DNA from: Terriglobia bacterium
GTDB taxonomy: Bacteria; Acidobacteriota; Terriglobia; 20CM-2-55-15
Direction of reading: 5' to 3'
Assembly (NCBI GenBank): GCA_965198225.1
Contig: CBDAOY010000008.1
Span: 512,001-576,000 of the forward strand
Length of the DNA: 64,000 nucleotides
Below the pieces are notes generated by a model. That model was not told the origin of the DNA. It was given only the letters and a program-made list of their open reading frames with translations, and did no database searches. Made by a program: the position numbers and the translations under genes. Positions 57,972 through 64,000 of this stretch are shown piece by piece. Each line of letters starts with the position of its first letter. Within the stretch, counting starts at the first letter, position 1.

Positions 57972-58850
57972 TTACTTCATCGCCGTCTGGATTGCCTCTT
58001 CCAAGACTTCCGCTTCCTGGAAGTTGACGAAGTGTTTCACCACGACGCCGTTGGCGTCCACGAAAAACATCGTGGGGAACACGTTAACGCCGCCGTAGGC
58101 ATTCTGCATCTGCTGGTTCAAGTAGGCTGTCGTGAACTCGATGCCCAGATTCTGGACATACTCGGCCCGCATCGTGTCGTCGTAGGGGAGTTCCAGGACG
58201 CGATCCGCGTTGGCGGCGACGATCTCGAACCCGGAGCCGGCGTACTTGGCATGCAATTCGACAAGAAGTGGTGAGGTCTTGACACAGGGCGGGCAGTTGG
58301 TGAACCAGATGTAGACCAAGTGAGGCTTTCCGGCTACGTCCTGGGATGTCACCGCGCTGCCGTCGTAGTGTTCGATCGAGAACTGCGGAATCGGGTTGCC
58401 TTCCCATCCGGCAATCGTCCTCTCGATCAACCGCCCGAACTGCGGGTGTGCGCGAACCGGCTCTACGTCGATGCTCGTGATTTCACCGGTCGCGGGGTCG
58501 CGCTCGAAGAAGCGGGGGACCCTGGGATCCGACTCCATGATCCGCAGGATCACGTCCGCTTCGCCTTCAACGTTGAAATTGAACTGCTCGGAGATTTCCT
58601 GCAGCGTCGGGATTTCGCCGGTACTCGTGTTGTATTGCACGAGGAACAGCGGGATCTTGAAGAAAGTATTGTAGAGAGCGCTGAGCACCTGCTGCTCTTC
58701 CGGCGTCGTGAAGACCTCGTTCGCCAGGTCGGAGACGACCACAGGCTGCCCCGGTTGCACGTTTTCCCGGAGGTATTCAATGATTCGGGTCTCGGTGTTC
58801 GGCTGTTGGAACAACAGGGCCATCAAGGCCGCTCCTAGCCATGTTTTCAT
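57972..58850 (-). CDS. Exported TlpA/ResA-like thioredoxin-fold protein with extra N-terminal domain
   Basis: WFTNCPPC, FPTMFFVD; signal-like N-terminus; RBS AGGAGG. Confidence 0.8.
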   Translation of the reverse strand: MKTWLGAALMALLFQQPNTETRIIEYLRENVQPGQPVVVSDLANEVFTTPEEQQVLSALYNTFFKIPLFLVQYNTSTGEIPTLQEISEQFNFNVEGEADVILRIMESDPRVPRFFERDPATGEITSIDVEPVRAHPQFGRLIERTIAGWEGNPIPQFSIEHYDGSAVTSQDVAGKPHLVYIWFTNCPPCVKTSPLLVELHAKYAGSGFEIVAANADRVLELPYDDTMRAEYVQNLGIEFTTAYLNQQMQNAYGGVNVFPTMFFVDANGVVVKHFVNFQEAEVLEEAIQTAMK

Positions 58851-59060
58851 CGGGAAATCCTCCTGTCTGGTTCGATTAAAACTACTATTTCCATATGTTT
58901 GTGTCCAGTTGTTTGTATGCCCTGAAACGGGTCAAAAGGTTCTTGGACGGACCGCGGAGTCAGTCGTGAGTAGTTGGTTTTCGGTCATGCCGAGAAGAAG
59001 TGACGAGTGACAAGTGGCGAGTGACGAGTCGGAGGGCTTCCCTTGAGAATAGTTCCTAGC

Positions 59061-59307
59061 GCCAACGGCCTACGAAACCAAGGTGCGGCCACCCCTCGCC
59101 AGTCACGCATGCAAACTTCGGTAAGCGACCCCACAACGGCCAACGGCCTACGAAACCAGGGTGCAACCATCCCTCGCCAGTCACCCACGAAACTTCGGTA
59201 AGCAACCCGACAACGGGCAACGGCCAACGGCCTACGAAACCAAGGTGCGACCATCCCTCGCCAGTCACCCACGAAAACTTCGGTAAGCGACCCCCCAACG
59301 GCCTACG
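59061..59307. repeat. Tandem repeat, three ~72-84-bp units
   Basis: Units starting gccaacggcctacgaaacca at 59061, 59139 and 59223, plus a partial fourth start near 59295. Confidence 0.9.
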
Positions 59308-59316
59308 CCCCGACCC

Positions 59317-61356
59317 CTACCGATTCCGCGTCAGCCGAATCGGTCGGTTCTGTCCCATCAGGTTGTTCTCGAACAGAGCATTGGTGGCTTCCAACGCAAC
59401 GCGCATCGAAGAGGGGCGCCAGCGGTGCCAACCGTGCGGCTCGCCGTCGAAGACACGGTAGTCAAACCACTTGCCCTGGGCCTCGGCCTGGACGGCGAAC
59501 TGTTCGATTTGCTGGAACGGAGCCGTCGGATCGCTACCTCCGTAGAGGAAGATGATCGGCGTTCTCAATGTGTCGACGAAGTTCGTCAAAGAACGTTCGT
59601 AGAAAGGGAGGGGGGCTACGATCGGCGTCGAGCCGATCATGTAACGGGTCCAGGCGGCCATTGTGGGGTAGGAGGAAGCCGTCACGAGATCGATCACGCC
59701 CTGAAGGGAGACTGCCGCGACGAACCGGCTCTCGTCGCGGATGAGAGCCGCGCTCACGAGAAAACCACCGGTTCCCGAACCGAAGATCGCAACCCGCTCA
59801 GAATCGATCAGCCCTTCGCCCGCCAGCCGGTCCAGGCCAATGAAAGCGTCGCGTACGTCCATTTCTCCGCCTTTACCGAAGATGGCCTGTCGATAGTCTT
59901 TGCCCCGTCCACTCGAACCCCGCACGTTGGGCGAGAAGACCAGGTATCCCTCGCTCACGAGGGACTGGACGAACGGGTTCCATGCGACAGCGCTCTGGCC
60001 TTCGAGTGTGTCCCTGAAGACCAGGATCGCAGGATGCCGCGTGTTTGCGGTTGCACCTCTTGGCCGGTAGACCAGCGCAGAAATCTCCTCGCCGTCGAAG
60101 GTTGGGTACACGAATTCCTCAGGAGTTACGAATCGAGACTCTCTTTGGAGTTCGAGCGGCATCGAGTTTGTCAGTGGGCTGGATCGACCTCCGGTCGCGT
60201 TGGCGACCCAGACATCGGATGCTTTCGTGGGACTCGAGTGGGTAAAAGTGATCAACCGGCCGTCGGGTGACCACGCCAAGTGGCCGTGCGGGCTGGAATC
60301 TTTCCGGTCAAAACCGCCGTTGGTCCCCGGTCTGTCTGAAACCCGGACCGGGCTGCCGCCACCAGACGGGACCCGCCAGATCTGAAACTCGAGCCCGTCA
60401 TTCTGCACGTAGGCGATCGTCGATCCGTCGGGGGACCACTGGGGGGTCAACTGATCGACCTCGATATCGCTCAACGGCGTCCGCCCTCCGCTTTCGACAT
60501 CGATTACGTAGAGGTTGCTGTAACCGTTCTGTTCAGACGCGATCGCCAGCTTCGAAGAATCCGGAGACCAGGACGGCGCGTAGTCACGGTAGCGTTGCGT
60601 CCCTGGTGTCAGCAGTCGCGCCGGACCGCCCGACGTCGAAACGACGAAAATGTCCTCGTTGTCGCGACGGTTGTCGTTCGGTAGCGGATCGGACACGAAC
60701 GCGAGCCACGCACCATCAGGGGACCATTGTGGATCCGAGGCCGGCGTTTCGGTCGGGCGTTCGACCAGGCCCGAGTCGATGTCCACGACCGCCAGTTGGG
60801 CCAGTCCCGCAGAGTCGGAGGTGAAAGCGAGTCGTCTGCCGTCGGGAGACCACCGCGGTTCGCGTTCGTCGCTCGGTGAACGGGCAAACACCGCCGATTC
60901 CCCGCCCGCCGGTCTCACGCCGTAAATGTCTCCCCTGCCCCCCGGCAGTTCGGCAACGTAGGCAATCCACTCCCCGTCGGGAGACCACTGCGGGTCGGAC
61001 TTTGGCAGGGTGTCGGAGGTGATCCGCCTGGGCGCGCTGGCGTCTGAATCGACGATCCATATTTCCGACGCGCCGCCCTGTGCGGAAACGAAGGCGAGTT
61101 CCGACACGTCTGGAGACCAGGTAAATTCATAGACGCCTGTCGCCCTGGACAGGGCCTCTGGACTCAGGGGGATGCGAGCTTCCTGTGTGAGTAGCATGCT
61201 GACCCCGAAAGAAGCTGCAAAGATGATGGCGATAAAGACAAGACGAGGCAGGAAGTCCCCCTTCAAGCCTCCGATTCTGAAGTTCTCAGCCACAACCGGG
61301 TCCCCTCCGAAACATTCTACTCGAATCTGCGCGTCGTCCACCCCCTCCCCTCCCAC
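59317..61356 (-). CDS. PD40/TolB-like propeller + S9 peptidase-like domain, degenerate active site (true start probably ~61250)
   Basis: Repeated WSPDG motifs; PNVRGSSG; FGSGTGG instead of GxSxGG; D and EPHG retained. Confidence 0.85.
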   Translation of the reverse strand: MGGEGVDDAQIRVECFGGDPVVAENFRIGGLKGDFLPRLVFIAIIFAASFGVSMLLTQEARIPLSPEALSRATGVYEFTWSPDVSELAFVSAQGGASEIWIVDSDASAPRRITSDTLPKSDPQWSPDGEWIAYVAELPGGRGDIYGVRPAGGESAVFARSPSDEREPRWSPDGRRLAFTSDSAGLAQLAVVDIDSGLVERPTETPASDPQWSPDGAWLAFVSDPLPNDNRRDNEDIFVVSTSGGPARLLTPGTQRYRDYAPSWSPDSSKLAIASEQNGYSNLYVIDVESGGRTPLSDIEVDQLTPQWSPDGSTIAYVQNDGLEFQIWRVPSGGGSPVRVSDRPGTNGGFDRKDSSPHGHLAWSPDGRLITFTHSSPTKASDVWVANATGGRSSPLTNSMPLELQRESRFVTPEEFVYPTFDGEEISALVYRPRGATANTRHPAILVFRDTLEGQSAVAWNPFVQSLVSEGYLVFSPNVRGSSGRGKDYRQAIFGKGGEMDVRDAFIGLDRLAGEGLIDSERVAIFGSGTGGFLVSAALIRDESRFVAAVSLQGVIDLVTASSYPTMAAWTRYMIGSTPIVAPLPFYERSLTNFVDTLRTPIIFLYGGSDPTAPFQQIEQFAVQAEAQGKWFDYRVFDGEPHGWHRWRPSSMRVALEATNALFENNLMGQNRPIRLTRNR

Positions 61357-61495
61357 TGCATACCACGGATTTCCTTCCGTTTCGCCCCGATTCCCTCCGC
61401 GAAACGATGGCGGGGCGGAAAACCCTCTTGCAACTGTGAATCGTTGAGGTTAGCCTACGCGGCGCGATCATAAGTGTCATGAATAAGGAGGCTGA

Positions 61496-61843
61496 ATGAG
61501 TCTAACGATAAAAACCCGCAAGGTGGACGGTATCACGGTTGTGGACATGTCGGGCCGGCTGACGATCGGGGAGCCCGTGCTGCAACTCCGTGACAACATT
61601 CGCGGGTTCATCGACGATGGAGACCTGCGTTTCATCCTCAACCTGGGTGACGTGTCCTACATCGACAGCTCCGGGCTGGGCGAGCTCGTTTCCACCTACA
61701 GGACCGTCCGGAACCGCGAGGGTGACGTCAAACTGCTGAATCTGACCTCGAAAGCAAAGGATCTTCTGCAGATGACCAAGCTGCTGACGGTTTTCGATAC
61801 CTACGAGGACGAGTCCAAGGCAGTAGAAGCCGTGAAGGGCTGA
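61496..61843 (+). CDS. STAS-domain anti-sigma factor antagonist
   Basis: VSYIDSSGLGELV, LLQMTKL. Confidence 0.92.
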   Translation: MSLTIKTRKVDGITVVDMSGRLTIGEPVLQLRDNIRGFIDDGDLRFILNLGDVSYIDSSGLGELVSTYRTVRNREGDVKLLNLTSKAKDLLQMTKLLTVFDTYEDESKAVEAVKG

Positions 61844-61866
61844 CGCGGTTTGCCGGGTCGGGGGAG

Positions 61867-61964
61867 TGGCGGAAGTGCGTGGGAGTCGAACCCACCGAAC
61901 GCCGGTTCCCCGACGTCCCACTGGCTTTGAAGGCCAGGAGAGTCACCGGACCCTACTCACTCCC
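61867..61964 (-). tRNA. selC: tRNA-Sec (anticodon UCA)
   Basis: Extended acceptor GGGAGUGA/GCACUUCC, 6-bp D stem with CGGU loop, anticodon loop CUUCAAA, long variable arm, T loop UUCGACU, G discriminator + CCA. Confidence 0.95.
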
Positions 61965-62191
61965 GCAACCGATTATAGACGAGCGATACCCGATGAGGGC
62001 GACATTATAGCCCGAATCAGCGCGCCGTGGCGGCTATCGCGGTAACGTCGAAAAGGCTGTCCTCCAGAACATTCTTTTCCCTATAATCACGTCACTTCAG
62101 AGAACGAACGCTGTAGAAATGGACCTTGGGTTCCCGGGGACCGGCTGGCCGGGTCCCGGAAGCCGGCATTGGATTTGCCAAAGGAGTGCTT

Positions 62192-63253
62192 ATGAGCGAC
62201 TTGAACCGACGCGGCTTCATTAAGTCCGCGATGGCCGCCTCGGTGGCGGGGACGCTGGGCCCGTTCGATGCGGCCGCCCAATCCTTGTCGGAAGCACGTC
62301 CGCCGAGGCCGATCGCCATCTCGAGCGCAAACGGTACGCGAGCCATCGACCGGGCCATGGAAATGATGCGCCAGGGGGAAGACACTCTGGACGCCGTGGT
62401 GGCGGGCGTGAACATCGTCGAGGACGATCCCAACGATCGAAGTGTTGGCTACGGAGGCTTACCCAACGAGGACGGTGTCGTCGAACTCGACTCCTGCGTC
62501 ATGCATGGGCCATCGAATGGCGCCGGCGCCGTGGCATCCATCCGGAACATCAAGAATCCGTCCTCGGTCGCCAAGGTCGTGATGGAGCGCACCGACCATG
62601 TCCTGCTCGTCGGTGAAGGGGCACTGCGGTTCGCCAGAGCTCACGGGTTCGAGGAAGTGAACCTGCTCACTGATGAGTCCCGGGAGCGCTGGCTCCGGTG
62701 GAAGGAAAACCTGAGCGACCGTGACGATTGGATTCCCCCATCGGAAGGTTCCGGCAACGCCTTGATGTACGACTCCGAACGCGTCTACGGCACGATCAAC
62801 TGCAACGCAGTCAACGAGCGGGGTGAAGTCTCCGGCGTCACGACCACGAGCGGGCTGTCGTTCAAGATACCCGGTCGTGTCGGCGATTCCCCCATCTTCG
62901 GCGCAGGTCTGTACGTCGATGGAGCGGTCGGAGCATGCGGATCGACGGGCCGGGGCGAAGCGAACCTGACCACGTGCGCTAGCTTCCTTGCAGTCGACAG
63001 CATGCGTCGGGGAATGTCCCCCGAGCAAGCCGGGCTGGAAGCATGCAAGCGGATTGCGGAGAAGACAACGAGTCCGCGCCTCCTCAACGATGACGGGCAT
63101 CCGAATTTCAACGTCAACTTCTATGTCGTCAACAAGCGGGGGGAGTACGCGGGCGCGTCGATCTGGAGCGGCAGCCGGTTCGCGGTGCACGACGGCAACG
63201 AGTCTTCCATCAAGCAGTGCGCCTATCTGTTTGAAAGGCCCCCGCGAGGCTGA
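62192..63253 (+). CDS. Tat-exported asparaginase-2 family Ntn hydrolase (glycosylasparaginase/isoaspartyl peptidase-like)
   Basis: NRRGFIK Tat motif, SVGYGGLP, GTINC nucleophile, TSGL, GRVGDSP, TGRGE. Confidence 0.88.
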   Translation: MSDLNRRGFIKSAMAASVAGTLGPFDAAAQSLSEARPPRPIAISSANGTRAIDRAMEMMRQGEDTLDAVVAGVNIVEDDPNDRSVGYGGLPNEDGVVELDSCVMHGPSNGAGAVASIRNIKNPSSVAKVVMERTDHVLLVGEGALRFARAHGFEEVNLLTDESRERWLRWKENLSDRDDWIPPSEGSGNALMYDSERVYGTINCNAVNERGEVSGVTTTSGLSFKIPGRVGDSPIFGAGLYVDGAVGACGSTGRGEANLTTCASFLAVDSMRRGMSPEQAGLEACKRIAEKTTSPRLLNDDGHPNFNVNFYVVNKRGEYAGASIWSGSRFAVHDGNESSIKQCAYLFERPPRG

Positions 63254-63284
63254 CGGATTCAATGAGGCGCCCCCCGGTGCCGGT

Positions 63285-63464
63285 GTAGGTGCGGTCTGTG
63301 ACCGCACATCGTCCTGGTTAAGGAGGGCGTGGGGGGACCGGACCAACTGTCTTTCTCCGCGAACCGACGCACCGCAATTCGGTCCGTGAACGTTCAGTCT
63401 TTCGTCGTGAGGGGGACGGTGGGCCCGACGCTAATAGATGGTTCCGCTCATAGAGCGCACCTAC
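63285..63464. repeat. GTAG-family REP pair (inverted)
   Basis: GTAG-GTGCGGTC-TGT-GACCGCAC at 63285-63307 (+) and a degenerate unit at 63442-63464 (-), same family as 6041-6202. Confidence 0.8.
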
Positions 63465-63556
63465 ACTTGAGGATCACGGTTTCCTCGTTCGTTTCACACC
63501 TTCTCAGCGATCCGCACTCAGCCGTCAGCCATTGGAACTATTAAGAACGTGCACCA

Positions 63557-64000
63557 ATGACCTACGAAGAGGCGTTCTCGGCCCTGAAGGCCGGCGAGTA
63601 CGAGCGAGCGGCGAAGCTGTTCGAACCCGCTGCACGGGAGATGGGCTACGGGTCCGACATCATCAACAACGCCTACACGCTGGCCCTGCACCTGGCCGGA
63701 GACCAGTCCCGATTGGCCGACGTGGCATTTCGTGTCGGAAACATGATCCTGCCCGATGATCCGGCTTCCGCACTGGACTATTTTCAGCGTGCCCTGTTTG
63801 CCGGCCTGGAAGGGAACCGCACCCGACAGATCGGTGAGGTGTTCGAACAGTGGTCCGAAGCCGTGCGTGAAGGAGATGAGGGAGGGAAGCCCTCGGCTCC
63901 CTTCCGGCACGTGGCTCATGTCGTCGGTTGCCTGCTGCCCGGACACGCGCCCAGCATCTATCTGCAGAGTCTGACGCGAAGCCTGACCTCCCATGGCATC
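63557..64000 (+). CDS. Partial CDS running off the window: helical TPR-like N-terminus followed by probable glycosyltransferase start
   Basis: Open frame MTYEEAFSALKAGEYERAAKLF...ALDYFQRAL...HVAHVVGCLLPGHAPS...LTSHGI. Confidence 0.55.
   Translation, partial: MTYEEAFSALKAGEYERAAKLFEPAAREMGYGSDIINNAYTLALHLAGDQSRLADVAFRVGNMILPDDPASALDYFQRALFAGLEGNRTRQIGEVFEQWSEAVREGDEGGKPSAPFRHVAHVVGCLLPGHAPSIYLQSLTRSLTSHGI

Noticed and set aside
59061-59307. Possible CRISPR array
   Set aside because: Whole units are similar with no unique spacers, and there are no cas genes.

Overview
GC-rich bacterial chromosomal segment, most likely Acidobacteriota (inferred from the pilin type, a VWA-domain protein, a DUF3500-like protein and a PadR/ADOP-permease remnant). 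Left to right: a complex I operon fragment with the unusual order nuoA-E-H-J-K; a thiS-thiG fusion; acyl-CoA genes; an NtrY/NtrX-like pair; pilB-pilC-pilS-pilR without pilT; an IS256-family element with an 8-bp target duplication splitting a gene; an ~18-kb glycan biosynthesis locus ending in two O-antigen-ligase/TPR genes divergent from two tandem type IV pilins with a candidate sigma54 promoter; a second T4P/T2SS-like operon ending in a Gly/Gln-rich pilin-like protein; CoA-thioester enzymes; a UGA-containing (selenocysteine) Bcp peroxiredoxin missed by the ORF track; IDH, HU and OmpA; a tiny Cyc2-like monoheme cytochrome; a probable pseudo-S9 peptidase; tRNA-Sec; and a Tat-exported asparaginase-2 enzyme. 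Intergenic DNA carries several families of palindromic and heptamer repeats. All calls were made by eye from motifs; no database searches were run.
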